From an uncultured Candidatus Saccharibacteria bacterium (GTDB lineage Bacteria; Patescibacteriota; Andersenbacteria; UBA10190), in the NCBI GenBank assembly GCA_964413615.1, contig CAYPSL010000004.1, positions 1 through 35,448 of the forward strand: a stretch of DNA of 35,448 nucleotides, read 5' to 3'. The notes under the pieces were generated by a model. The model was not told the origin of the DNA, did no database searches, and saw only the letters and a list, made by a program, of their open reading frames with translations. The position numbers and the translations under genes are program-made. Shown in pieces: positions 1 to 8,775 of the stretch; the first letter of the stretch is position 1, and each line of letters opens with the position of its first letter.

Positions 1-14
1 CGTAGAAGGAGTAT

Positions 15-626
15 GTGATGAAAGTCTTTTTGTTTTTGTATCCGATTGAAGAGTGCTTTGCGCACGGATCAATTGCAAGCGCACTTACGCGATTTCGAAA
101 GCGCGGGCTTGATCCTGATTATTTGAATGAGATTATCCGTGCTCGGTATCGAGAAAAAGGGTATCGGATTACATGGCTGTTATTTAGTGACCCGTGCGAT
201 GAAAGCATTCCGGATTTTTCTTCGCTTTCTTCACGCATGCGCACAACAGATGGCGATACTTTTTTGCCGTGTGGGATTGATGCGGAGCGTCATTATAAAG
301 AAAAGCTTTACCCTGACCCTACTGCTATACTCTCCCAGTTGCCCAAGGGTATTACGAGCCTTGTGCTGGGAGGGTTTCATCAGTGGGATTGCGTGAGCAA
401 AATTGGCGAGGCTGCGCACAAGCACGGAATGCCCGTTGTTGTAGACGAAGACACCACGGACCATTTCTTTTTAAGTATGCTTGCACGCGGTACTATTCCG
501 ATTGTTCGCCCATTGTGCTGCGCAGTTGATGATGTGCTAAAGGAGGCAACATCTCAAGCTATGCACGAGATGATTTGCGAACTACGAAAAGACAAGCCTT
601 GGTTTTCTCAACCAAGCACCCGCTAA
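15..626 (+). CDS. hypothetical protein (weak resemblance to the isochorismatase/cysteine-hydrolase fold)
   Basis: 203-aa ORF. AAGGAG at 6-11 precedes GTG15/ATG18. The stop codon lies inside a strong hairpin terminator. The segment LVLGGFHQWDCV...GMPVVVDEDTT loosely resembles the strand-helix-strand around the catalytic Cys of isochorismatase-like hydrolases. No firm family assignment. Confidence 0.6.
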   Translation: MMKVFLFLYPIEECFAHGSIASALTRFRKRGLDPDYLNEIIRARYREKGYRITWLLFSDPCDESIPDFSSLSSRMRTTDGDTFLPCGIDAERHYKEKLYPDPTAILSQLPKGITSLVLGGFHQWDCVSKIGEAAHKHGMPVVVDEDTTDHFFLSMLARGTIPIVRPLCCAVDDVLKEATSQAMHEMICELRKDKPWFSQPSTR

Positions 627-654
627 GCGCATGTATGCGTTTAGCGGTTTTTTT
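620..654 (+). terminator. rho-independent terminator
   Basis: CCGCTAAGCGCAT ... ATGCGTTTAGCGG forms an imperfect hairpin of about 12 bp (620-647), followed by a run of 7 T (648-654). It lies between convergent genes ending at 626 (+) and 658 (-). Confidence 0.85.
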
Positions 655-657
655 ATA

Positions 658-960
658 TTATGCTTTTCCTCGTTCGAGTTTATACAACGTATGGAAAGGC
701 TGCTGCATCCTGTGTTGCGCAAGAGTGTAGCTAACCTGATTGCGGTCAAATTTTAACGATATGATCCCTGCGTGGACCAATGAATTAAGATCGGCGGATA
801 ATTTTTCTTCATCGTTTTCTTCTAGGTATTCAGAGAGTTCCTGAAACGATAATTTTTTATTGCGCAAGACGTCCACTATTTGCAGGTAGAGCGGATCGAA
901 ATGAAGCCTCTTGTTTGGAGTAGTGTTTATTTTATGTTGAGTAAATGTTGCTGTGCTCAT
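658..960 (-). CDS. small winged-helix (MarR/ArsR-like) DNA-binding protein, putative
   Basis: 100-aa ORF. The pattern LYLQIVDVLRNKKLSFQELSEYL...LNSLVHAGIISLKFDRNQVSYTL matches the helix-turn-helix plus wing layout of small wHTH regulators. It is one of only two minus-strand genes in the window. Confidence 0.6.
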   Translation of the reverse strand: MSTATFTQHKINTTPNKRLHFDPLYLQIVDVLRNKKLSFQELSEYLEENDEEKLSADLNSLVHAGIISLKFDRNQVSYTLAQHRMQQPFHTLYKLERGKA

Positions 961-1164
961 ACATAAGATTATTAAAAAGTTAACACTTTCTCTTTATATA
1001 AAGCATTACGATAACTCTCGGCTGCCGCAAGGGTTTCTTGGTTCTTTGTTGGGAGTAAAGATATGCACTTTGCAACGTAATATGCGAGGAGCATACTTCT
1101 ATGTAGGTGAGTGGTTCATTCGCCAATTTACCGAACATTGTTCTTGTGTGTGGAGGTATGGGCC

Positions 1165-1488
1165 ATGAACGAATGGAAGGTTGGAATTGCGCTTTTGGGT
1201 TGTTTGATTTTACTGGTATTTGTAGGAGCTTCCCTTTGGTTTCCTCGAAGGCGTTGCCGGAAGGATTTAGGTTTGTATACCTTGCCCTTTGAGGTATACG
1301 CAGCGGAAAAAAGATCGTTGGCATGCATACAGCGGGCGCGTGGAAATGCTCCGGATAGTGCGGAGGATTTATCTACCGAGCATTTGCTGTTGCGCTTCAT
1401 GATTGAGCATCCGGGAGCATCTCCTTTTTATGGAGATACCACTCGTGGTCGGGCAAAAAAGTTTTTGCAACATAGGCACATGGCGTAA
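1165..1488 (+). CDS. hypothetical membrane-anchored protein
   Basis: I prefer the internal ATG at 1165 because GGAGG at 1152-1156 sits 8 nt upstream. The N-terminus MNEWKVGIALLGCLILLVFVGASLWF is a single TM helix followed by RRRCRK. No recognisable family. Confidence 0.55.
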   Translation: MNEWKVGIALLGCLILLVFVGASLWFPRRRCRKDLGLYTLPFEVYAAEKRSLACIQRARGNAPDSAEDLSTEHLLLRFMIEHPGASPFYGDTTRGRAKKFLQHRHMA

Positions 1489-1508
1489 TCAATGGAAGGA
1501 GTCGTGCT

Positions 1509-1718
1509 ATGGAGTCTCGCTCAAGTCTAAGCATACTGGCTATTATGAAGACCTCGGGAGAGAAATACATTTTTTATTACGATGATCAAAGCGGTGAAAC
1601 GGTAAGAAAGGTAGCTGATTCTTTTGCCGCAAATCCAAGTCTTAGTTTTACAAGCGAAGACGCCGGAGCTATTAAAGAGCGGATCCGTGAAATTTTCCCA
1701 AAAACCACCATTTTATAA
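1509..1718 (+). CDS. hypothetical small protein
   Basis: 69-aa ORF. AAGGAG at 1496-1501 lies 7 nt upstream of ATG 1509. A strong terminator follows. Confidence 0.55.
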   Translation: MESRSSLSILAIMKTSGEKYIFYYDDQSGETVRKVADSFAANPSLSFTSEDAGAIKERIREIFPKTTIL

Positions 1719-1728
1719 GAAATTCTTT

Positions 1729-1758
1729 CCTGCTGTTACGCATAACAGCAGGTTTTTT
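1729..1758 (+). terminator. rho-independent terminator
   Basis: CCTGCTGTTA-cgca-TAACAGCAGG is a perfect 10-bp stem (1729-1752), followed by TTTTTT (1753-1758). Confidence 0.9.
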
Positions 1759-1854
1759 AATACTACGAGTTTCCTTGACGTGGCCCTTGCGTAATGTAAC
1801 GGTTGGAAGAGAGGTTGCTCATTTTTTCAATTCTTAATACATCATATCTATTCT

Positions 1855-2148
1855 ATGAACAAGGAAATGGGTAAAAAATATGAAGAGATTAAGAAGAGTG
1901 TAGAGCAATTACGCCAGCAGCTTGCCGAGATGGCAAGCGATGCGAGCGAGGACTTGCAAGAGGTAGGGGAGGGGATAATGCAAGAAGTAGCGCCGCGCGT
2001 TGGTAAAGCTATTGATGCCGCAAAGCAGAAAACAAAAGAAGTGGATGAATTTGTGTCGGAGAACCCTTGGGCTACCATCGCGGTTGTTTCTCTTGCCGCC
2101 CTTGCGCTCGGGTATGTGGTAAGCCAAGCAAAGGCGAAGCAAAAATAA
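1855..2148 (+). CDS. DUF883 family (ElaB/YqjD/YgaM-like) tail-anchored membrane protein
   Basis: 97 aa. A charged coiled N-terminal part is followed by the family-typical C-terminal ENPWATIAVVSLAALALGYVV transmembrane anchor. Confidence 0.8.
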   Translation: MNKEMGKKYEEIKKSVEQLRQQLAEMASDASEDLQEVGEGIMQEVAPRVGKAIDAAKQKTKEVDEFVSENPWATIAVVSLAALALGYVVSQAKAKQK

Positions 2149-2149
2149 T

Positions 2150-2410
2150 ATGAAAGCGTTTCTTCCCCTGTTGCTTACACTGGGGACTGCATTGTTTGAG
2201 CGCCGCTTGAAGAGAGTTGCATCCGGTATAGGGCTCCTGGTTTTTGGCGCATTCTTTGCGATGGTTGCAATTGTGTTTTTGCTGATGAGTATATTTTTCG
2301 GATTTGCCGATATGGATACGCTCATTATGCCGAGCTTGGTAACAGGAGGCATTATTCTCTTGATAGCATTCTTGGTTGCGTTTGAAGGCTTGCGATTTAT
2401 ACGAAAATAA
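2150..2410 (+). CDS. small two-TM membrane protein, YqjE / holin-superfamily-III-like (tentative)
   Basis: 86 aa. It starts 1 nt after the DUF883 stop codon. An amphipathic ERRLKRV segment is followed by two hydrophobic helices. It has the same position relative to a DUF883 gene as yqjE has to yqjD in E. coli. Confidence 0.6.
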   Translation: MKAFLPLLLTLGTALFERRLKRVASGIGLLVFGAFFAMVAIVFLLMSIFFGFADMDTLIMPSLVTGGIILLIAFLVAFEGLRFIRK

Positions 2411-2456
2411 ATACCTTCACATTTCATTCTATGTATACAAAGGAGGTGGAGCTAGT

Positions 2457-2720
2457 ATGAACATTCTATTTCTCTTAATCTTTGGCGCTATCGTCGGATG
2501 GCTTGCGTCAATTATTATGAAAACCAACCATAAGCAAGGGCTCTTCATGGATATTATTCTCGGAGTTGCCGGTTCTATTCTCGGGGGGTGGCTTATGGAT
2601 ATGATGGGTGGAACAGGCGTTACTGGATTTAATCTCTACAGTATTTTTGTAGGGGTTGTGGGCGCAGTTGTACTCATTGCGCTTGGCCGTATGTTTACGG
2701 GATCATCCGCACGAGCATAG
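2457..2720 (+). CDS. GlsB/YeaQ/YmgE family (transglycosylase-associated) stress membrane protein
   Basis: The sequence MNILFLLIFGAIVGWLASIIM...GLFMDIILGVAGSILGGWL is characteristic of the family. AGGAGG at 2441-2446 supports ATG 2457 over the upstream start at 2376. Confidence 0.85.
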   Translation: MNILFLLIFGAIVGWLASIIMKTNHKQGLFMDIILGVAGSILGGWLMDMMGGTGVTGFNLYSIFVGVVGAVVLIALGRMFTGSSARA

Positions 2721-2738
2721 GCTTTCGCCTAGGGGAAT

Positions 2739-2772
2739 CCCACGCGTCCTTAGCGGGAGTGCGTGGGCTTTT
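2739..2772 (+). terminator. probable intrinsic terminator
   Basis: CCCACGC (2739-2745) pairs with GCGTGGG (2761-2767), followed by CTTTT. The loop is long (15 nt) and the T-tract is short, so confidence is moderate. Confidence 0.5.
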
Positions 2773-2799
2773 GCTGTAAAAAGTTATCTAGCGTAGTAT
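2771..2799 (+). promoter_or_regulatory. sigma70-type promoter for argS giving a near-leaderless mRNA
   Basis: -35 TTGCTG (2771-2776), 17-nt spacer, -10 TAGTAT (2794-2799). The overlapping TATGAT hexamer is at 2797-2802. ATG is at 2809 and there is no Shine-Dalgarno sequence between. Confidence 0.5.
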
Positions 2800-2808
2800 G
2801 ATACGGCT

Positions 2809-4512
2809 ATGGTGAATATACGAAGATTGCTTATTAAAGATATTACGGAAGCGATATCTGCTGCGCGCGCAGCGGGGGCGCTTCCTGATTTTGAAATGAA
2901 GGCGACAGTCGTTGTGAAGCGCACAGAAGATGCCTCTCATGGGCATTATTCTAGCCCGATTGCGCTTTCTCTTGCGAAGGCGGTTCAAAAAAATCCTCTG
3001 GAAGTAGCGGAAATTATCGCATCTCACATGCCGGTGCGTGAGTATATTGAAGGCCATGCAGTCGCGGCGCCGGGCTTTATTAACATGACTCTTAGCAGTA
3101 AATATTTGGCTGCTCGAATTGATGATTTGCCGCAAGATGATTATTGCTCTGCCTGCAACGTTGGAAATAATAAGACCATTAATATGGAGTTTATTTCCGC
3201 AAATCCTACCGGGCCGCTTACGCTCGGGAATGCGCGAACAGCATTTTCTGCGGATACGCTGGCAAATGTGTTTGAATGTGCCGGATATAATGTGGTTCGT
3301 GAATACTATATTAATGACGCAGGGGAACAAGTCGGAAGGTTGGGGCAGTCTGTGTTGCGCAGAATATTGCAGCAGCAGGGGGCCCAAGTAGATTTTCCGG
3401 AGGATTTGTATCAAGGAGAGTACGTTTTAGATATTGCTACTCGCATTGCAGAAGAATACGAAGAGACTCACGGGAAAAAATTTGAGGTAGCAGATCTTGA
3501 AAACGCGGAGTTGTGCGCAGAGGTTAGTACGAAAGCGATGCTGCTATGTCTTACTGCTATTAAGAAAACGGTTGAGGAGGATCTTCATATTTCATTTGAT
3601 GTGTGGACTTCTGAGCGAGAAGTGCGAAACAGCGGCGCTATTGAACGAGTGTTGGAGCAGTTGCGAGAGAAAGGGTTGATGTATAAAAAAGAAGATGCAG
3701 AATTTTTGAAAACTACGCAGTTTGGTGACGATAAGGATCGCGTGATGGTAAAAAGCGGCGGTGCGTATGCGTACATAACTCCTGATGTTGCGTATCATCA
3801 GGAAAAGTTTGATCGCGGATTCGATATCATTTTCACGTATTTGGGCGCGGATCATCAGGGGCATATTCCAAAATTAAAAGCGGCATTGCAAGCACTCGGG
3901 AACGATACTTCAAAGCTTCGCATGGTGGTGGCGCAGTTTCTTGCTATTGTGCGCAGCGGCGAGCAGGTAGCGCTTTCAAAGCGAAAGGGTAATGTGTATT
4001 CCCCGAATGATTTGATTAATGAAATCGGCTACGATGCGGCGAGATTCTTTATGGTTCAGCATGCGCTTGATGGGCACATGGTGCTTGATATTGATATTGC
4101 AAAAGAAAAAAGTGATCGCAACCCGGTGTATTACGTGCAGTATGCGTATGTGCGATTGCAGTCCATTCTTCGAAAGGCGCAGGAGCAGGGGATTTTACCG
4201 CTTGAATATATGAACGGCGAGATTGCTTCGCAGGTTATATTTTCCGAAGAAGCGGAAAAAAATCTCGCGTTAGAATTATTTAGATTTCCTGAAGTGATTG
4301 AAGATATTGCAACGTCGTACAATGTTCACCAGTTGGCATATTTTTCTTACGATATTGCTCGTGCGGTGAATGCGTTTTATCGAGACGTGAAGGTGCTAAG
4401 CGAGGATGATCCAACATTGCGAATGAGCAGGCTTCAGATGGCAATTTCTGCCCGTGCCGTGCTAGGTAAAGTGCTCGATTTGCTTGGAATCGGTAAACCT
4501 GATGTAATGTAG
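2809..4512 (+). CDS. argS: arginyl-tRNA synthetase
   Basis: 567 aa. Class I core SANPTGPL-TLGN-AR, YINDAGEQV, GADHQGH, ALSKRKGN (KMSKS-like), and C-terminal anticodon-binding (DALR-type) region ending in VM. The HIGH position reads TLGN. Confidence 0.96.
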   Translation: MVNIRRLLIKDITEAISAARAAGALPDFEMKATVVVKRTEDASHGHYSSPIALSLAKAVQKNPLEVAEIIASHMPVREYIEGHAVAAPGFINMTLSSKYLAARIDDLPQDDYCSACNVGNNKTINMEFISANPTGPLTLGNARTAFSADTLANVFECAGYNVVREYYINDAGEQVGRLGQSVLRRILQQQGAQVDFPEDLYQGEYVLDIATRIAEEYEETHGKKFEVADLENAELCAEVSTKAMLLCLTAIKKTVEEDLHISFDVWTSEREVRNSGAIERVLEQLREKGLMYKKEDAEFLKTTQFGDDKDRVMVKSGGAYAYITPDVAYHQEKFDRGFDIIFTYLGADHQGHIPKLKAALQALGNDTSKLRMVVAQFLAIVRSGEQVALSKRKGNVYSPNDLINEIGYDAARFFMVQHALDGHMVLDIDIAKEKSDRNPVYYVQYAYVRLQSILRKAQEQGILPLEYMNGEIASQVIFSEEAEKNLALELFRFPEVIEDIATSYNVHQLAYFSYDIARAVNAFYRDVKVLSEDDPTLRMSRLQMAISARAVLGKVLDLLGIGKPDVM

Positions 4513-4514
4513 GT

Positions 4515-5126
4515 ATGAGGATAGGAATCGACGCACATATAATATTGAAGGAACACAAGCGGTACGATCGCCGAATTGCGCAGTATACCGAGGATTTAAT
4601 TATGAATCTTTTGGATGCCGACACGAAGCAAGAGCATACGTGGGTGTTGTTTTTCGATAGTCGCATGAAGAATACGAAAAAGTTTGAACGAAAAAATGTA
4701 GAAATAAAGCATTTTCCGTTTGTGCAATATAGAAAATATATGCCTGTGCTGTATTCGCACATGCTTATTTCATCATTCTTAACGGCTGCGCGGTTAGATG
4801 TATTCCATTCGCCGGAAGGGTTGATCCCATTTCTGTATCCGGGAAATATTATTACAACATTTCATTATGTTCCTCGAGGAGAAAGCGAAAGTAACGTATT
4901 TGTTCGTACGTTCATGCTTGGTGCGCGCGTTGCGTTTGCCACGTTGTGCGCTCGCGCACAGCGAATTATTGTAAGCAAGCGTTCTGATAAAGATTTGCTC
5001 CATAAGAAGCATAGCTATCCACTATCTCGTATTGTACTCATGGAGGATGACGACTTGAACCAGATTGATTGGGGTAAGCGAGTTAAAGAGCTGCACAAAC
5101 TCTACGCTTCGGTAGTAAAAAAATAA
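4515..5126 (+). CDS. hypothetical protein resembling only the N-terminal Rossmann half of GT-B (GT4-like) glycosyltransferases
   Basis: 203 aa. MRIGIDAHII..., ...LDVFHSPEG... and ...IITTFHYV... ARAQRIIVSKRSDKDL follow the N-domain pattern of GT4 enzymes. The C-terminal nucleotide-sugar domain (EX7E) is absent. Gaps are 2 nt after argS and 1 nt before ileS. Confidence 0.6.
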   Translation: MRIGIDAHIILKEHKRYDRRIAQYTEDLIMNLLDADTKQEHTWVLFFDSRMKNTKKFERKNVEIKHFPFVQYRKYMPVLYSHMLISSFLTAARLDVFHSPEGLIPFLYPGNIITTFHYVPRGESESNVFVRTFMLGARVAFATLCARAQRIIVSKRSDKDLLHKKHSYPLSRIVLMEDDDLNQIDWGKRVKELHKLYASVVKK

Positions 5127-5127
5127 T

Positions 5128-8004
5128 ATGGAAGAGGTTTCTTCGCACGTACAGAGTAACGAGCTGGAGCGTGAAGTGCTTGCGTACTGGGACGAAAACG
5201 CTATTTTTGAAAAATCTCTCGAGCAGCATAAAGAAAAAGAACTATTTACATTTTATGACGGCCCTCCGTATGCAACAGGAAAGCCGCATTATGGCCACGT
5301 GCTCCAGTCCGCAGTAAAGGATACGATTTTGCGATACAAGACCATGCAGGGGTACTATGTGCCTCGCAGGGTCGGGTGGGATACTCACGGGTTACCGATT
5401 GAAAATTTGGTAGAAAAAGAGCTTGGGATTACGTCAAAAAAACAAATTGAGGACGATATTGCTGCATTTAATGCAAAATGCAGAGAAACCGTGTATCTGC
5501 ATGTTGATTCTTTTCGCGAGACACTCAAGCGAATTGGTAGATGGGCTGATTATGGAAACGAATATTCTACGCTCGATCGGAATTACATGGAATCGGAATG
5601 GTGGGTGTTTAAAAATTTATGGGATCAGGGGCTTATTTATAAATCGTTCCGTTCCACTCCGTACTGCATTCGCTGTGCAACGCCTCTCTCAAATTTTGAG
5701 GTAACCAGCAGTTATAAGGATACGAGGGATATGAGCGTGTATGTTGGTTTGCGACAGGCTCCAGATGGCGATGCAGCTCCGCGAATATTGATTTGGACCA
5801 CTACTCCCTGGACGCTGCCTGCAAACGTGGCGGTTGCGTATAGTCCTGACCTTGCGTATGTTGTGGCGCGCATAGAGGGCGGGGAATATATTCTGGCGAA
5901 AGATAGGGTTGAAGTGGTGCTTGGCAGCGATGCCGAAATTGTCCGCGAAATTTCATCAGAAGAACTATCGGCCCTTTCGTACGAGCCTATGTATGCGTCG
6001 AATATAGCCGAAGAAGAAAAGCAAAAAGCATTTCGTTTGGTTGCAAGCGATCATGTTACGGCAACTGACGGAACAGGGCTTGTGCATATAGCGCCTGCGT
6101 TTGGCGAAGAAGATTACGAGCTTGCAAAGCGCTTGGATCTTCCGGTAGTTCGTACCGTGAATACTACCGGGCTTTTTGTTGAAGATGTTCCGGTGTGGGC
6201 AGGAAGAAATATTTTTGAATCACAGAAAGATATTATTAAAGACTTGAAAGAGCGGCAGCTACTCTTAAAGCAGGAGCTCGTGTTACATAGCTATCCGTTT
6301 TGTTGGAGGTGCGATACTCCGCTTATTTATTTCGCACTTGATTCCTGGTTTGTGAAAATTTCAGCAATGAAAGATAGAATGCTTGCCAGCAATGAAGGTA
6401 TTACGTGGGTTCCTGACCATGTAAAGCATGGGCGGTTCCAAAAAGGTATTGAGTCGGCTCCCGATTGGTCCATTTCTCGCAATAGATTCTGGAGTGTTCC
6501 TATGCCCATATGGGAGTGTGATACTTGTGAGGAGCGAATATGTATTGGTAGTGTTGCGGATCTTCAGAAGCAATCAGGCGCAACGGATGAACAGGTGGCA
6601 GATATTCATCGACCGTACGTAGATGATATTACGTGGCCGCATGCTGCCTGCGGGGGAACGCTCAAGCGCATTCCTGAAGTGCTAGATGTGTGGTTTGATT
6701 CCGGAAGTATGCCGTATAGTCAGTGGCATTATCCGTTTGAAAATAAGGACCTAGTTGAAAAAGGGTATCCTGCAGATTTTATTGCAGAGAGTATCGAAAT
6801 GACCAGGGCATGGTTTTATGTACTTCATGCGCTCGCAACGGCTCTTACGACGGAAGATGTTGGGCTTGGGAAAGATAAGCCAGCATTTTTACACGCTATT
6901 GCGTCCGGATTAATTTTTGCGGAAGATGGGCAGAAGCTTTCCAAGAAATTGAAGAATTATCCAGAAATAGACCCGACACTTGAAAAATATGGCGCTGATG
7001 TATTGAGGTTATATTTACTATCGAGCACAACGCTTGGTGAACCGTATCGATTTTCCGAAAAAGATATGAGGCATGTACAGCGCAACTGCTATATGACGCT
7101 TTGGAACGTGTACAGCATGTTTACTCGATACGCGAAGGTGCACAACTGGACTCCAAAGGATGTTACGTCTGCGAATTCTCTTGATCGCTGGATTATTGCT
7201 CGAACACAGCAGCTCGTGGGCGATGTTACCGCTCAGACTGATGCGTATCGTATCGATGCTGGTGCGAGGCTATTTATTGAATATGTTGATGACCTAAGTA
7301 ATTGGTATGTGCGCCGATCTCGCGGAAGGCTGCAGCATCCGGAAAGTGATACAGAGCGAGATGAAGTATTTGGTACGTTGCATGGCGTATTGGTTACCGT
7401 AAGTACGGTTCTCGCTCCATATATGCCGTTTGTATCTGAAAAAATATATCGGAACATAACAGGGGGCAGCTCTGTGCATCTTGCGCCATGGCCGAAGGCG
7501 GAGCTATTTGATGAAGAAATTTTACAACGAATGCAGGCTGTTCGAGATGCAGTATCGCAAGGACTGGCGCTTCGTGCGGACGCAAAAATAAAAGTGCGTC
7601 AGGTATTGTCTTCTCTTACGGTGCCGAAGGGGCAATTTGATGCGGAGGATATGGCCATGATTGCAGAAGAGGTGAATGTAAAAGAAGTGAAAACTACAGA
7701 CGATGCGTCATACACTCTTGATACAAAGATTACGCCAGAACTGCTTTCCGAGGGTATGGCACGAGATATTATTCGATACGGACAAAGCTTGCGGCGCACT
7801 GCTGGGTATGCGCTTGATGATCGAATTACTTTACTATTCGCAACTGATTCCAAGGAAATTTCGCTTGCGTTTACTACTCATAAAGACATGATAGTAGCAG
7901 CGCTTCAGGCAGATAGTGTAACTGAAAAGAACGAATCCTTCGACGCAGTAGAGGAAGTTAGCCTTCAGGGCGCCCTAGTTACAATTGGAGTGAAAAAGGT
8001 ATAA
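5128..8004 (+). CDS. ileS: isoleucyl-tRNA synthetase
   Basis: 958 aa. HIGH motif PHYGHVL. Editing (CP1) region TTTPWTLPANVAVA. WCISRQR-like WSISRNRFW. KMSKS motif KLSKKLKN. Confidence 0.97.
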   Translation: MEEVSSHVQSNELEREVLAYWDENAIFEKSLEQHKEKELFTFYDGPPYATGKPHYGHVLQSAVKDTILRYKTMQGYYVPRRVGWDTHGLPIENLVEKELGITSKKQIEDDIAAFNAKCRETVYLHVDSFRETLKRIGRWADYGNEYSTLDRNYMESEWWVFKNLWDQGLIYKSFRSTPYCIRCATPLSNFEVTSSYKDTRDMSVYVGLRQAPDGDAAPRILIWTTTPWTLPANVAVAYSPDLAYVVARIEGGEYILAKDRVEVVLGSDAEIVREISSEELSALSYEPMYASNIAEEEKQKAFRLVASDHVTATDGTGLVHIAPAFGEEDYELAKRLDLPVVRTVNTTGLFVEDVPVWAGRNIFESQKDIIKDLKERQLLLKQELVLHSYPFCWRCDTPLIYFALDSWFVKISAMKDRMLASNEGITWVPDHVKHGRFQKGIESAPDWSISRNRFWSVPMPIWECDTCEERICIGSVADLQKQSGATDEQVADIHRPYVDDITWPHAACGGTLKRIPEVLDVWFDSGSMPYSQWHYPFENKDLVEKGYPADFIAESIEMTRAWFYVLHALATALTTEDVGLGKDKPAFLHAIASGLIFAEDGQKLSKKLKNYPEIDPTLEKYGADVLRLYLLSSTTLGEPYRFSEKDMRHVQRNCYMTLWNVYSMFTRYAKVHNWTPKDVTSANSLDRWIIARTQQLVGDVTAQTDAYRIDAGARLFIEYVDDLSNWYVRRSRGRLQHPESDTERDEVFGTLHGVLVTVSTVLAPYMPFVSEKIYRNITGGSSVHLAPWPKAELFDEEILQRMQAVRDAVSQGLALRADAKIKVRQVLSSLTVPKGQFDAEDMAMIAEEVNVKEVKTTDDASYTLDTKITPELLSEGMARDIIRYGQSLRRTAGYALDDRITLLFATDSKEISLAFTTHKDMIVAALQADSVTEKNESFDAVEEVSLQGALVTIGVKKV

Positions 8005-8019
8005 TAGCTTGGCAATAAT

Positions 8020-8748
8020 ATGCCACATGCCAAGAGAGTTCAGGCGCTTGTATTTTCTCGAAAAAACATCGGAGAGGCTGATAGGCTTGTGACATTTTTT
8101 ACAAAAGAGCAGGGGCTTGTTCGTGCTATTGCAAAGGGTGTTCGAAAAATTCCGTCTTCACGAGGAGGCCACTTGGAACCATTTACGAGCGTGCAGGTGC
8201 TTTTGCAAGAAAGTCGCGCAGGCGTATATGTGGGAGGGATAGAGACGGAACACTATTTTCAGGAGTTGCATGCGGATGCAGACGCTATAGCCCGAGTGCG
8301 TAGGGTTATATATGTATTTACGAAGCTGTTTGATGTAGGGCAGGCATTACCGGATGTTTTTGAGGCTATGGTATTGGCATGGAGCGCGTTTCCTCAAGTA
8401 TCTATAGAGAAGCGCAGGCTTGTAGAATCGTCGATGTATCTTCGGATTATGCAATATGCTGGTATTCTTCCTGAATTTCGTGCTTGTGCGGAGTGCGGGA
8501 AGTCTCGCCCAGAAGAAGCCGTAGTACTTTCTTCCCGCGAAGGGTTGTGGAGATGCTTGCCGTGCCACCCTACACTCCATGATGCAGTAAACTCTCTTTC
8601 TGTGCGTCAGTTTTCTGTATTAAGGTACATTGTTGATAAGCCGGACCATGCGCGCCGAATTGCGCTTTCGGATGAGGATGCGATGCATGTAGAAAGAACG
8701 GTTCATACTATTGTTGCGCATGCAATTGAAGAGCCCACACTTGCGTAG
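8020..8748 (+). CDS. recO: DNA repair protein RecO
   Basis: 242 aa. The N-terminal OB-fold pattern ALVFSRKNIGEADRLVTFFTKEQGLVRAIAKGVRK is typical of RecO. The zinc motif is C-AE-C ... C-LP-C. Confidence 0.9.
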   Translation: MPHAKRVQALVFSRKNIGEADRLVTFFTKEQGLVRAIAKGVRKIPSSRGGHLEPFTSVQVLLQESRAGVYVGGIETEHYFQELHADADAIARVRRVIYVFTKLFDVGQALPDVFEAMVLAWSAFPQVSIEKRRLVESSMYLRIMQYAGILPEFRACAECGKSRPEEAVVLSSREGLWRCLPCHPTLHDAVNSLSVRQFSVLRYIVDKPDHARRIALSDEDAMHVERTVHTIVAHAIEEPTLA

Positions 8749-8757
8749 CGGCAAGCG

Positions 8758-8766
8758 TGCTATACT
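8758..8766 (+). promoter_or_regulatory. extended -10 promoter element (TGcTATACT)
   Basis: TGC TATACT at 8758-8766 lies exactly 9 nt upstream of ATG 8776. There is no SD in between. Confidence 0.45.
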
Positions 8767-8775
8767 TATAGGTAA

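Noticed and set aside
1909-2427. 172-aa minus-strand ORF
   Set aside because: It lies fully antisense to three + strand genes that each carry recognisable family signatures (DUF883, a two-TM protein, and the start of the GlsB family gene).
2773-2808. Possible T-box or other leader riboswitch upstream of the aminoacyl-tRNA synthetase genes (argS, ileS, glyQS, leuS)
   Set aside because: The upstream non-coding gaps are only about 1-40 nt. That is far too short for a T-box (about 200 nt) or any known riboswitch aptamer.
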